Shown: piece after piece, positions 29,334 to 39,963 of the stretch
Layout: each line of letters begins with the position of its first letter
How positions within the stretch are numbered: the stretch's first letter is position 1
Virus record (IMG/VR): IMGVR_UViG_3300013233_000235
Span: 1 to 64,000 of that record
Length of the DNA stretch: 64,000 nt
Strand: one strand, 5' to 3'
Program-made: the position numbers and the translations under genes
Notes under the pieces: model-generated
What the model saw: the letters and a program-made list of their open reading frames with translations, nothing else
What the model was told of the DNA's origin: nothing
The model's database searches: none

Positions 29334-30467
29334 AACGAAGAAAATATAGATACTATCGTGCTGGTAGATATCTGTGTAGGTGGGCTGGACACAGTGGATA
29401 CGGAACTACTGGCCCGTTGTTATACGGAGGGGTGTGTTGATCGGTTGGTATTAAAAGGTTACGACTTCGACGACATGGCTCGTAATAAGGGGCGGGTAAT
29501 GCTGGAGTTGTACGTGGCTGATGTGGCCGGTATCGTCGTTGCAACGCCCAGATCTGCAATGTTGGCGTCATGGGCTGGTGTTGACGCACTGGTGTTCGTG
29601 GATAATGGTACCGATAAGATGCTTGACCAGTATACGGATAAGGGGATCGTCGTCACGCATGTGGCTGGTGAGGGCGGCTGCTACATGACACTATCCCCAT
29701 CGGCAGCGGAGGCCCTAAGCGCTAATGCTCCGAGTGACGTGGCAATACCCAAATACGTTGGCCTACCGGCCACCACGGCTATATGTGAGTTAACAAACCA
29801 CATAAAACTACGACCCGGGGAATCCATGGCTAACCACACATACACCCGTTTGGCCCAGGGATGGTTGGCTCACACCACGGTTGGTGATATGATCTATCTA
29901 CGCCGTGGTGGGGTGGATGCTCGGTTCTCGTTTGGCAGTCCGGTGAGCATGGTAACAGTGGAGAAGCCCGATGCTTTGGCCCCACTGCTGTTAACAACCG
30001 ACCTTGGGACATACGTTGTGACCATGGGCGATGGTGGATTTGTTCAAGGTATGACACCAGAGAAGTACCAGGTGCCCGATCCAGTCGCACCTTCAGCCAA
30101 CTTCCTACAGGTGTACTACGATGGGCACATCGTGGTAAAACTACCCGATGGTACAACAATGTTTGTGTCACGCGGGTGCGGGGGCGTGGCGATGAACAGG
30201 TTATCCACCACGTATGTTTTCACCGACGCAGCTGGCCCGTTCGACCTGCTAACCCACTGCGGCCACCTGTGTATACTCGTCGGTGACGTGGTGCGCATAT
30301 ATGCGCCCGATGCACACCACACAGTTACAACACATCCCGCCGATGGCGCTGAGATGTTGGTTGCTAAACTATCCACGGGTATCGCTGTGGGTGATGGTGT
30401 AACCACCCAGTGGCCTGATGCCGCCCCATTGTGTAAAGAGTTTGCCGTAGCCCACCTATTAAATTAG
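29331..30467 (+). CDS. hypothetical protein (first gene after the cassette)
   Basis: 378-aa ORF with a beta-rich C-terminal half. Confidence 0.7.
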   Translation: MNEENIDTIVLVDICVGGLDTVDTELLARCYTEGCVDRLVLKGYDFDDMARNKGRVMLELYVADVAGIVVATPRSAMLASWAGVDALVFVDNGTDKMLDQYTDKGIVVTHVAGEGGCYMTLSPSAAEALSANAPSDVAIPKYVGLPATTAICELTNHIKLRPGESMANHTYTRLAQGWLAHTTVGDMIYLRRGGVDARFSFGSPVSMVTVEKPDALAPLLLTTDLGTYVVTMGDGGFVQGMTPEKYQVPDPVAPSANFLQVYYDGHIVVKLPDGTTMFVSRGCGGVAMNRLSTTYVFTDAAGPFDLLTHCGHLCILVGDVVRIYAPDAHHTVTTHPADGAEMLVAKLSTGIAVGDGVTTQWPDAAPLCKEFAVAHLLN

Positions 30468-30557
30468 GTGGGTCGCTATACTGTGAACCAGTACACGGTT
30501 CACATACGGCACCACCCGGTGCCACCTGGGAATGATCCCACTAAAAGGAAGATACAA

Positions 30558-30941
30558 ATGTCTAAAACCACATTAACCGATAAACTGATTGCCGCCGCCA
30601 ACACAGCCGGTGTGAAAGATAACCACGTGGTTATCGATTCAGCCACTTTCTTCGACAACGCCCCCAAGGGTGTTACAGAAAAGAGCTGGGCCAAGCATGA
30701 AGATTACCGCGATAAGTACGCGGTGGCCACAATGGGTGCCACCGCTAAGGTGTTCGAGGACCATTCTGAAGGGGAGGTCTCTGCCGAGTTCGGTATGGGT
30801 GATAACACCACCGCCCGTCCGGCAATTGTGTTCAACGAAGGTGGTGACACCACCGCCGTCTTACGCGTAGAGTGCACGCTGTCCACAGAAAACAGAGATG
30901 CCTTTAACGAAATTGATGATTGGGTAAAGGCCAACATGTGA
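30558..30941 (+). CDS. hypothetical protein
   Basis: AGGA RBS, start MSKTTL, followed by its own terminator. Confidence 0.7.
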   Translation: MSKTTLTDKLIAAANTAGVKDNHVVIDSATFFDNAPKGVTEKSWAKHEDYRDKYAVATMGATAKVFEDHSEGEVSAEFGMGDNTTARPAIVFNEGGDTTAVLRVECTLSTENRDAFNEIDDWVKANM

Positions 30942-31025
30942 TACAGCCTTACGAGCCGGATGATGGGCCTGAGGACCTCGAAGAAGATACCGAGGAGGTA
31001 GACTTCTACGGGGATAGTTAGTACT

Positions 31026-31053
31026 AGAGGGGTCTTTTGACCCCTCTTTTTTT
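31026..31053 (+). terminator. intrinsic terminator
   Basis: AGAGGGGTC-TTTT-GACCCCTCT plus T-tract. Confidence 0.8.
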
Positions 31054-31073
31054 GTTCATTTGGGAGGTTATAT

Positions 31074-31568
31074 ATGTTACCGCATAGTAAAGAGGAGTTC
31101 GGCGATTTTGTCCAGATGTGTTCAACCATTCCGGACATGCAAGAGGCTATCATAGCTCGCCTAAGTACGCTTGGGAGCGGTGGGTACATGGATGCGGAAT
31201 TAGCTGGTGTGTGTTGCGGGGTGTATCCACTGGCTATAGGTGTGCTTGCAGACTACGTGGATAACGATGTTAAGCAGTTATGCTACGATGAGATATTTAA
31301 TGAACATGGTGATCTAAGTATGGTGGTTGCGGAGTGTAGAACGCACGCTATGGCTATGGCGACCATATCCACACGCCCTTATTACACCTCTATTATCCCA
31401 ATGCGTCTATGGGATTATGAACTGGCTAATGAGCTGTGTAATGAAAATGCGATTTTAAAGATGTATCTGCGTGTACCATGGTTACTAGATATGCTGGAGT
31501 ATATAGCAGCCTTAGGGCCTGATGAAGAGCATCATGCCTTAAATACGTACATGTTGACTGATACCTAA
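31074..31568 (+). CDS. hypothetical protein
   Basis: GGAGG RBS, 164 aa. Confidence 0.7.
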   Translation: MLPHSKEEFGDFVQMCSTIPDMQEAIIARLSTLGSGGYMDAELAGVCCGVYPLAIGVLADYVDNDVKQLCYDEIFNEHGDLSMVVAECRTHAMAMATISTRPYYTSIIPMRLWDYELANELCNENAILKMYLRVPWLLDMLEYIAALGPDEEHHALNTYMLTDT

Positions 31569-31575
31569 AACACAT

Positions 31576-31611
31576 ATAAAGACACCGCAGCTTTCGCTGC
31601 GGTGTCTTTAT
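31576..31611. terminator. bidirectional terminator between convergent genes
   Basis: 16-bp inverted repeat ATAAAGACACCGCAGC-TTTC-GCTGCGGTGTCTTTAT. Confidence 0.8.
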
Positions 31612-31640
31612 TGCATCTAAACAAACATTTAAACCGGCAA

Positions 31641-32558
31641 CTACGGCCCAGGTGTTACGATCACTGCTGCGGGGGTTTCCGCTACAGCTTGTAACTTCTT
31701 GGTGTAATCTTCGCCGTTGTTCTTGACACCAGGCTCAATCTCGATGTACGCAGCTTGCATGCTGTGTGGGCGAGCGCCTTTCTTCATCAACTCATCCAAG
31801 TGGTTCTGTGCAAGCACATCCACATGGTCACTGATGGTGGTGGTGCCAGTGAACTCGATGGTTTGCTCAACAGTTTCATTGGCTTCACCGACGATGTTTT
31901 TAGCTTCATCTTCACCACTGCTTTTAGGCATCATGTTGACTACCAAGTAAGCTTCGGTGATGCGGGCCATATCCACGGATGGTTCGTAGAACAGGCAGGT
32001 CATTGCAATCGCATCAGGCAGGAACTCGGGGTATCCCGCGCTCTGGTATGCGATCTTATTGACCAGACCAGGGTGAGTGGTCTCAGGATCGTAGATCAAT
32101 TCGATGAGCCATTGGCTCATGTAGTTGAATACGAACTTACCATGTTTCTCAGGGATGACAATCGATACAGTTGACACAGCACGGCTGACACGGGTCGGGG
32201 TGTGATGCACCTCGTTGGTATCATTGATTTTGTGTTCACTGTACTCGGCCTCCAGCTTGCGGGTCAAGCCCTGCACAGCGGTAGGCATGGTTTCCATAAT
32301 AGCCTTCAACAGGCGGATACGGTCAAGACCATCGTCCATGTACATCATGTGACCAGGTGCTTCGTAAAGCACGGTGATCATTTTCTGGCGTACGTATGTT
32401 GCTGAACTCATCCAATGTCGATGATCAGCCATCATGCTTTGTTGTCCACCGTACTTACCATCGAGCGCACGGGTGCGCCCACGGGTAATCGAATGACCAG
32501 GCTTGCTTAACGGGCCAGTGTCATACAGTCTTGGTGGAGCTTTCTTTGGTGCGGCCAT
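31641..32558 (-). CDS. tail tube protein (phiKZ gp30-like)
   Basis: 305 aa directly downstream of the sheath; PEKHGK and NMMPKSSG motifs typical of phiKZ-like tube proteins. Confidence 0.8.
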   Translation of the reverse strand: MAAPKKAPPRLYDTGPLSKPGHSITRGRTRALDGKYGGQQSMMADHRHWMSSATYVRQKMITVLYEAPGHMMYMDDGLDRIRLLKAIMETMPTAVQGLTRKLEAEYSEHKINDTNEVHHTPTRVSRAVSTVSIVIPEKHGKFVFNYMSQWLIELIYDPETTHPGLVNKIAYQSAGYPEFLPDAIAMTCLFYEPSVDMARITEAYLVVNMMPKSSGEDEAKNIVGEANETVEQTIEFTGTTTISDHVDVLAQNHLDELMKKGARPHSMQAAYIEIEPGVKNNGEDYTKKLQAVAETPAAVIVTPGP

Positions 32559-32569
32559 CTATATTCTCC

Positions 32570-34597
32570 TTACAGGTCGCTGTAACGACGAGCGATGATG
32601 TTGAAGGTACCTACAGTTCTACGACCTTTACCGTACATTACGATATCCATCGTGTAACTAAAGCCTCGGGCTTCATCACCTTTGGTGTAGTACGCATTAG
32701 GGACAATCTTACAACGCCCAGCGTAAATACCATCGGTCTTAGCAGCCATCAATGCATTACATGCCGCCAGGAATTCGCCATCTTCCATGCTACCATTGCC
32801 TTCCATCTCACGATGGACTTCCATGGATTTCTTTTCCAGATCGACACAGATCATCATAATCTTGTCATCGCCAAGGGTGCTACTATCCTTGTCGTATACG
32901 GTCTGGATAGCAGGCCAGAAGCTTTCGGTCATGTTGGCCGATTCTGGATAGCAAAGACCCAATTCCCAGTCTTTGGAACGGACTGCGCGAGGGCTCCATG
33001 GGAGTGTGAGGTCAGTCATGTTGACGATACGGTTAGCTGGGCTAACATCGTACATCATGTCTTCTTTCCAAACACCATCGCCAGCACCCATAGCCATTGC
33101 GCGTTTTTCGATCAGATCGAAAATAGCTGAAGCAGTACCTTTATAGTTACTACCTTTGACCTTACCACTACGGCCGACAATGACAGCGCGGCAGGTTGCG
33201 GTGCCATGGACAGTGCTCTCTGGGACAAGGCGTGCGGTTGCGCGCAAGCTTGTTAGCAGTGATGTTTCATCTGAGCTGCTGTTGGCTGGGGATGCCGAGT
33301 CCTGTGTGGAAACTGCCACGTGGATGTCTTTTCTTTTTCCCATCAGTAGCAGAATGCTTTTGCTGGTGGCCAAAGAGAAACCGGTACCATAGATGACACT
33401 GAAAGGGAACTTGGCCTCATTAACCAATGGGTCGTTGACGTCTTCCCAACCGGTGGTGACCTGGGTATTCACCAATGCATCGTAAGTGGCGTTGTTAAGA
33501 GTACCGTCGCTACCACCGGTCATGTAATGGGTTGTAGTCCCATTCAGCTTAACACCACCATCCATGCGCACCGTGTAATGATCATTACCATTGATATCAA
33601 GGGCGTTGAATACATTAACCAGATGTGCTTCGGTGATGTTGGCATCCGAGGTCACTTCTTTGGCATGCAGCAAGTTCAGCACCGTTTCCAGGTTATTCTG
33701 GTAATAGTACATCTCTTCAACAGGACCGTAGGTTGGTGGTGTACCATCTTTCAAGTCCACTGCGTACGCATCTGTGATGCGATCCATACCCATATCGGCA
33801 TCGGTGCGGGTGTTGATTGCACCGTCTTTCAGGCAAAAATCAACTGCTGGCTCGGCGGCGATGCTGGACAAGACACGTGGGGTTGCCACGGCGTTATCGC
33901 GGACCATCCATTGTGCGCGGTACACCTGTGCACCTTGGTCTTCCATTGGGGTGAGATCACCAGGGCTGCTTGTGGCAGGGCCGGGGTAGCTCAGGCGTAG
34001 ACCGGTATTATTACCGTTAGCACCGACCACATCGCGGATGGCGAAGATGGGGTACACCGTGGATGTCTCACCAGCGCTACCGACCATTGTGCCGGCCACG
34101 GCATTTTCACCGCGAAGATTAGCAGTGCTGCTCAGCGGTCCGACACTCCAGCGAAGTTGGTGACCGGCGACGGTGGCAACCGCGTCTAGCAATTTGACAC
34201 CATTGGCGTCTCTGGCTACACTGCCATCGGCATTACGCTGGTATGCTGGCAATGTGGTTGCTACCACTTCCAATGAAAACACCAAGGATGGGATGGTGGC
34301 GTCATCTGGCACTACCCGTTTAACGAAGCATGAGTTACCCTGGGCATTAGCGATAGTCAAACCCAAGGTGCCATGGGTGAAGAAAGGACCGCGTTCGTTG
34401 AGGGTCTCGGCACCGAAGGTCGTGATCAAAGAGTTACCACCGTGCAGCATGGTGGTTAACGGGCCTTTTTTAGCCAGGATGTAAAATAATGGACAATGCT
34501 GTGGTACGCTTTGACGTTCCACCACCTGGCGACGGGTGGTTTCATCTTTGATCCCGTTCAGCCGATGCTCCGGCATTGAGTTGGTAAAAGTAGCCAT
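32570..34597 (-). CDS. contractile tail sheath protein (phiKZ gp29-like)
   Basis: 675 aa; N-terminal GIKDET...PQHCPLFY..AKKGP, GGSDG, FWPAIQTVY; synteny. Confidence 0.88.
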   Translation of the reverse strand: MATFTNSMPEHRLNGIKDETTRRQVVERQSVPQHCPLFYILAKKGPLTTMLHGGNSLITTFGAETLNERGPFFTHGTLGLTIANAQGNSCFVKRVVPDDATIPSLVFSLEVVATTLPAYQRNADGSVARDANGVKLLDAVATVAGHQLRWSVGPLSSTANLRGENAVAGTMVGSAGETSTVYPIFAIRDVVGANGNNTGLRLSYPGPATSSPGDLTPMEDQGAQVYRAQWMVRDNAVATPRVLSSIAAEPAVDFCLKDGAINTRTDADMGMDRITDAYAVDLKDGTPPTYGPVEEMYYYQNNLETVLNLLHAKEVTSDANITEAHLVNVFNALDINGNDHYTVRMDGGVKLNGTTTHYMTGGSDGTLNNATYDALVNTQVTTGWEDVNDPLVNEAKFPFSVIYGTGFSLATSKSILLLMGKRKDIHVAVSTQDSASPANSSSDETSLLTSLRATARLVPESTVHGTATCRAVIVGRSGKVKGSNYKGTASAIFDLIEKRAMAMGAGDGVWKEDMMYDVSPANRIVNMTDLTLPWSPRAVRSKDWELGLCYPESANMTESFWPAIQTVYDKDSSTLGDDKIMMICVDLEKKSMEVHREMEGNGSMEDGEFLAACNALMAAKTDGIYAGRCKIVPNAYYTKGDEARGFSYTMDIVMYGKGRRTVGTFNIIARRYSDL

Positions 34598-34778
34598 ATG
34601 GTTTCCTTGTGTATAGGTCGGATTACCGGGGGGTTACCTATCCGACGTCCCCGGCAAAATTGGCTGTCTAGTGATCTTATGTCCCGTGATACGGAAGCAT
34701 TAGTTGCATAGTATTCTATTAATTATAATGGTTGTCTATGTACGTATCCGCCCAATATAGCCATCAGGAATCATCGAA

Positions 34779-35762
34779 ATGTTTGAATACATGAGTTATC
34801 TAAACCACAAGCAGATTAAAAGCTTATCCCACTTACACGGCTATATAGAAGAACAAGAAGCGCTCGGGCAGAGTGGTGGGTTGGTCAGCGTGGGGTCTAA
34901 CCCATATGGGGAAGTATATGGTATCGTACAAGAGAATCATAAGCTGCCCCATTTTGTCCACCCTATCACCACAAACGCGGGTAAGTGCTACGTTGATACG
35001 CGCGCATACTTGACGGGAACTGGCACCGTCCGTTATAAAATTGACCGGACATTCGCCTTACAGCGTGGTCATCTGGCTTTGGCTGCCGCACATGGTCCCG
35101 AGTTTTTCGAATCCATCATCCCACAGGTTAGTGCATTATTCGGCGCATGGGTAGCGGGCACCATGGTGTCTCGCTTTAATGCTGATATTAATGATGAGGT
35201 GCTTCTAAAGATCGCTGCCACCTCTTATTACGTTGCACTCATGCTTAAGCAGATAAGCTATGCTAAAAAGTCAGGAGATCGGTATGAACCACAAATCCAG
35301 CCCGATGAAGACCATGGGGACTACCTCGATGCTGAAGAATTATCCACCATCTGTTTACGGATAATGGGTAACCGCGGTTTAGGTATCCCCACGACGTTTG
35401 TGGAAGAAGCGCTGGAGGATGGTATTATCCACACTCTAACTAACACCCCCCAGATCAACATGGCTGTGTTACTAAAGCTAATCGACGACACCGGGGAGTT
35501 CAAGATGGGTGAGGCCGATATCGGCACACTCAGTAGGTTAATGGGTGGTGGCTCTTGGCAGGGTATGGATGCTATCAACCTCGCCATAACTGGTATGGAA
35601 AGTATGAGCGTCATGACCTCAATGGTGGCTTTCCTGGGGTACATGCCGTCATACCGCAACCGCACACGCATCGGTCAAGCGTATAACACTCTATTTAAAC
35701 GCATGGATATGATTGGGGTGCATGAGTCCGTGGTACGCCTTATGGGTGCCTATCATGGGTAA
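34779..35762 (+). CDS. virion structural protein (gp28-like)
   Basis: Divergent from the sheath gene; first of three genes before terL. Confidence 0.6.
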   Translation: MFEYMSYLNHKQIKSLSHLHGYIEEQEALGQSGGLVSVGSNPYGEVYGIVQENHKLPHFVHPITTNAGKCYVDTRAYLTGTGTVRYKIDRTFALQRGHLALAAAHGPEFFESIIPQVSALFGAWVAGTMVSRFNADINDEVLLKIAATSYYVALMLKQISYAKKSGDRYEPQIQPDEDHGDYLDAEELSTICLRIMGNRGLGIPTTFVEEALEDGIIHTLTNTPQINMAVLLKLIDDTGEFKMGEADIGTLSRLMGGGSWQGMDAINLAITGMESMSVMTSMVAFLGYMPSYRNRTRIGQAYNTLFKRMDMIGVHESVVRLMGAYHG

Positions 35763-38256
35763 GATCGATGACCGTCTACTGGAGGTCGCCAGAGATGGGA
35801 TGTGGTTTAACCCACACAACGATAACCAGGTGGTCATACAGGTCGCCAGGCTTACCGGGGTGGCCGGGGTGGTTGGTGGCGTTAATATGGCGTTTACCAC
35901 ACATCGGTTACCAGACAATGTGACCAGATGGGTTTTATACGAGCTTGGGGGGATTAATCCAGAAGAGTTGGGCTTAGCCGCGTTGACCGACCACTGGATC
36001 GGGGCTGGGGCGTTAATGGCCCGTGAGGACACTCTTATACAGTTGTTTACTGATAACCGTGCGATACCTTTGTTTACCGCGATGTTTAAGCGTAATCTAG
36101 CGGGAACTATCTTGTTGGCTATCGATGCTACCGCTGGTGGCGCACTGCTGTCTAGACATGCCCAGGTGTATGCCAGATTTTACACAAACATCTGGAGAAA
36201 TAACTCCTACGCAACATCTGTATCTGAAGTCGGGGCCCACATCACGCATTTGGATAAGCTGCTACCCATAATGGCTAAGCAGGCGGAACCACCAACCGGC
36301 AATCGGTTCTACTACATCGATGGGGTTTATCAGGACTACATTTCCACGCCAATGGTTGCCCTAGAGGGGTTGGGATGCACAGTAACGCTGCTCGAAGATG
36401 CGGATGGGGATGGGTTCGAGGATCATACCTTGGAAGACCTCCCCCACTATGTGTCTACCGGTGATGCGGAGCATAAACTGTTATTAATGCCCGATGCGGG
36501 GGGTGACCCGATGGCCCCTACGCCGTACGATGAGCTGGAGGTCTACATATGCACCAGGATGCCAACGCCCGACGGCGTTGGCACATATGTTCGCGGTGTC
36601 ATGTACCCACGGCTATCCCTACCAGATATGCGTATGATTACCCATCGTGACTTTGCCTTGCGTGCAACCAAGGTGGAGAACATCGTTATGCGTAACGATT
36701 TCCTCAGTGCTGCCGACTCCGTATTTATACGGGTGTTCCGCCGTCACCATGAAAACCCAAGGCGCACCGTGATGGATGGGGCGTATCTAATCGACTTATA
36801 CAAGCTTGCTACCGATGCTCGCAGATCCATGCTGGTGGGGGTGGGCGGTTACGCGGGTTGGCGCGCAGACAAACTGGAGGGGACTCCGTCTACCCTATGG
36901 CAAACGTTGACTGCGGGGGAAATTACAGCTGCCAATATACCTGGGGTTTTATCGGAGTACGCTATATCTGGGGCCATCGGTATTGGTGAGCTTGTGGATG
37001 GTGTGTACAAGTTGCCAGTGGCAGCCGATATAGGCGGTGTCTTATTATGCTACGGGCCAACTGGTTTGTTAACAGACTTGTTAAGTGTGGCGCCATCTTC
37101 GGGAAATAGCAGCGTCGGCACCCCAGGCGGGACAGGCGCTGTGGAATTCATACCGGGTGTATTGACCACCGATGGTTACGAGATGGATAAGCCTCTGGTG
37201 GCCGATCACATCGCTAGCATTTACAATGAGCGCTATTACCACCGCACGCCTGGAGAAACCGCTTGGTCAATATCCGAAGAGGGTGTCGATTATGAGTATG
37301 GTGAGAATGGGTTGCTCATTTGGGACCACAAGCACTATGATAGCGGGAAGGTTGTTAGAACACTTAACGACATTCTCTACTACCGGGCCAACGTCGAGGT
37401 AGATCTGCTATATAAACCGATCAATATTTTAACTGGCAGACCAACTGCGGTGGACATTGGTTTCGATCTATTTGACGTGTACATGAACGGTTATAAGCTG
37501 GTTCGGGACGTGGAGTATACTGTGGATTACCCGCACATCAGTATATCTGCAAAAACCCCCATTGGTCTTAGCGGTGACCTGTTTGTCGATGTACTCATAC
37601 TCAACCATGGTTTCGTCACAGACCCCACGATCCACGGATGGGTGGCTAACAAGCTGGCTGTCCCCAAGGCTCACGAAGATCTGTTCATAAAGGATCGTAA
37701 TAAGAGGTTGTTCATTAATGGCATGTTGAGTGACATGTCCATGATAACAGCCGTTGAGGATTCAGTAGCCGACCCGCAGCCAAAGGTGGCAGATGGCAGC
37801 ATCTGGGAGGCGGTGCCAAGAAGTAGCATGTTATCTGTCTATGGCATGGGCAAATACGGCCCTGTCCGTGGGGTTCCGGCCTACGTTAGTGCGGCGGTAT
37901 ACCAGCAGATACCTAAGTACCCAGTGTCTGGGATTATCATAGTCCCAACTAAGCGGGTTATCTTCAGCCCATTCATACGCAGTGTTATAAACATGCTGCG
38001 TAACAAGACCATACTCGCGGTCATCTATAGCGGTTCCAGCACCGCTGTCACCAAAGGGTTGATGCCATATATATCTGACCTCAAGAAGGATGTCTGTTAT
38101 AAACTGTTGGACGACTGGATGGTCGAGATACACCCTACCCCCGGCAACGATGTTATACAACTCGCCAGTTACGAGATAGCATTTTTGGAAGAGATGAACC
38201 GGGTATACTTTAACAGCAGGATTGTGCTTAATAGGTACATATCCCTGATACAATGA
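35755..38256 (+). CDS. virion structural protein (gp27-like)
   Basis: ~833 aa, MWFNPHNDNQ and MITHRDFA motifs; synteny. Confidence 0.65.
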   Translation: MGKIDDRLLEVARDGMWFNPHNDNQVVIQVARLTGVAGVVGGVNMAFTTHRLPDNVTRWVLYELGGINPEELGLAALTDHWIGAGALMAREDTLIQLFTDNRAIPLFTAMFKRNLAGTILLAIDATAGGALLSRHAQVYARFYTNIWRNNSYATSVSEVGAHITHLDKLLPIMAKQAEPPTGNRFYYIDGVYQDYISTPMVALEGLGCTVTLLEDADGDGFEDHTLEDLPHYVSTGDAEHKLLLMPDAGGDPMAPTPYDELEVYICTRMPTPDGVGTYVRGVMYPRLSLPDMRMITHRDFALRATKVENIVMRNDFLSAADSVFIRVFRRHHENPRRTVMDGAYLIDLYKLATDARRSMLVGVGGYAGWRADKLEGTPSTLWQTLTAGEITAANIPGVLSEYAISGAIGIGELVDGVYKLPVAADIGGVLLCYGPTGLLTDLLSVAPSSGNSSVGTPGGTGAVEFIPGVLTTDGYEMDKPLVADHIASIYNERYYHRTPGETAWSISEEGVDYEYGENGLLIWDHKHYDSGKVVRTLNDILYYRANVEVDLLYKPINILTGRPTAVDIGFDLFDVYMNGYKLVRDVEYTVDYPHISISAKTPIGLSGDLFVDVLILNHGFVTDPTIHGWVANKLAVPKAHEDLFIKDRNKRLFINGMLSDMSMITAVEDSVADPQPKVADGSIWEAVPRSSMLSVYGMGKYGPVRGVPAYVSAAVYQQIPKYPVSGIIIVPTKRVIFSPFIRSVINMLRNKTILAVIYSGSSTAVTKGLMPYISDLKKDVCYKLLDDWMVEIHPTPGNDVIQLASYEIAFLEEMNRVYFNSRIVLNRYISLIQ

Positions 38257-38269
38257 ATTGGATAGCATT

Positions 38270-39937
38270 ATGAGTACAATCGTAACAAGTGCCGGTTCGC
38301 GTAGTAGCCGCGTGCTACACATTGAAGAGGCATACACCGGCGTGGAGGGCCCCCAGACCAATGGGCTTGTTGCTCTAAAGAAAGGTGATGTTGTGTTCAA
38401 CAATGCGGGTAAGTCACAGCTGGTCACGTACGTGGATCCAGATACACTGATACCCGTGTTTACTAGCACTGATGATACCACCGAGTCGACCGTGGTGGAC
38501 CCAGACTCATTAGAGCTAGGGTTGGCATATAAGCCACCCCAGATCACATCGCGCATGTTTATCGACTATGCCACTGAACCTGCCACAATTGTCGTAGACG
38601 CCCACTACACCATTTTGGACAAAGCGGCAACCCAGATTAAGGTCTTCATGGGGCGCGATACATCAGATGGTGGTCAGGTCATATCACACACTGTTAATAC
38701 CAGTGGTGTCATCATGTCAGAGATGGTGGATGTGGAACCTATCGATGTTACATTGCCGGCTATCCGCAGACCTTTACGGTTTAACACCACAACCGATATT
38801 CCGGCGGGGCAGGTGTTGACTGCGGTGATCTACGCCAACACTGGGAAGATTATCGGTGAAGACATATTTGTGGCCGTCCAATCCCGGATGATATCCGGCC
38901 CGTCCGCCGCCAGTGTGTACATCGATGGTATCAGCCTTGTTAGCCCAATGTTGTCTACCACCGATGCGCTTGTTATTGAGAACCCCTTCGGTCACAGTTT
39001 TACCGGGTCATCAGCAGCCTGTCTGTTACATTACAGCAATGGTAGAAGTGTCACAATGCCCATCGATGGCAATAAGGTTATTCTACACGGGTTGGATAGT
39101 TTCGATAGTTCGCGCATGGGTAGCAACACCTCCGTGGTGTTGTCATACTACCCTGGTGAAGATGAGCCAGCTATCAATGTTAGGGGTGTTACGACACCAT
39201 CCATAGCCAAGACTTACACATTGGTTAACATACCAATATCCGGTGATTACAGGTTGCGTGCATACATCATCCCACACTGGGATGTGGCATCGGGGTGGGC
39301 CTTACGCGTACTCCTAACAGATGTGGAGTATGCTGTTTACATTGATGTGACTGAATACGCTGAGTTACGGGATGCTCTAGGTAACCCCCTGACTCTAATC
39401 GGGGACGGTACCATGTCCCGTGTCCACATGTCCATCGATTTGAGTGGTATGACCAATGATACTTACGACGGCTACGTGCACACCCAGAAACTGGATATCG
39501 CATTGCCAACCTACTCCGATATCGATGTCGAGGGCTGGCGAATAGATTACGGATGTGATGGGATGACTGTCTATGGTACCGAGCTATATGCTCGCGTCAG
39601 TCAGGCCGGATCAAGGCCATTCAAGATCGATTGCGGCCTTGCGGATGTGGATAAATGGCTTGCTACCCTATATCGCGGGTTGGACCCAAGTTACGACAAT
39701 ACCTTATATAGTGAGGCCCCAACGCCCACAAGTTTCCGTTTAGAACACGGGGGTGTCGATGGCGACATGGTTATCGGCACTTTCCCCATTGTAACATGGG
39801 ACGCTGTCCTGTACCTTGGGACTGGGCGCGAGTGGCTAAGTGGCAAACCTCTTAACATCGTCTGGTTATTGGATTCACTAGAATCTACCAAGGTGTTGGC
39901 GGTAAGCCCTCTACCCGTAAAATTCCTTTACGTTTAA
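38270..39937 (+). CDS. virion structural protein (gp26-like)
   Basis: ~555 aa, beta-rich, immediately upstream of terL. Confidence 0.65.
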   Translation: MSTIVTSAGSRSSRVLHIEEAYTGVEGPQTNGLVALKKGDVVFNNAGKSQLVTYVDPDTLIPVFTSTDDTTESTVVDPDSLELGLAYKPPQITSRMFIDYATEPATIVVDAHYTILDKAATQIKVFMGRDTSDGGQVISHTVNTSGVIMSEMVDVEPIDVTLPAIRRPLRFNTTTDIPAGQVLTAVIYANTGKIIGEDIFVAVQSRMISGPSAASVYIDGISLVSPMLSTTDALVIENPFGHSFTGSSAACLLHYSNGRSVTMPIDGNKVILHGLDSFDSSRMGSNTSVVLSYYPGEDEPAINVRGVTTPSIAKTYTLVNIPISGDYRLRAYIIPHWDVASGWALRVLLTDVEYAVYIDVTEYAELRDALGNPLTLIGDGTMSRVHMSIDLSGMTNDTYDGYVHTQKLDIALPTYSDIDVEGWRIDYGCDGMTVYGTELYARVSQAGSRPFKIDCGLADVDKWLATLYRGLDPSYDNTLYSEAPTPTSFRLEHGGVDGDMVIGTFPIVTWDAVLYLGTGREWLSGKPLNIVWLLDSLESTKVLAVSPLPVKFLYV

Positions 39938-39963
39938 ACAACAGGCGGCCTAGCGGTCGCCTT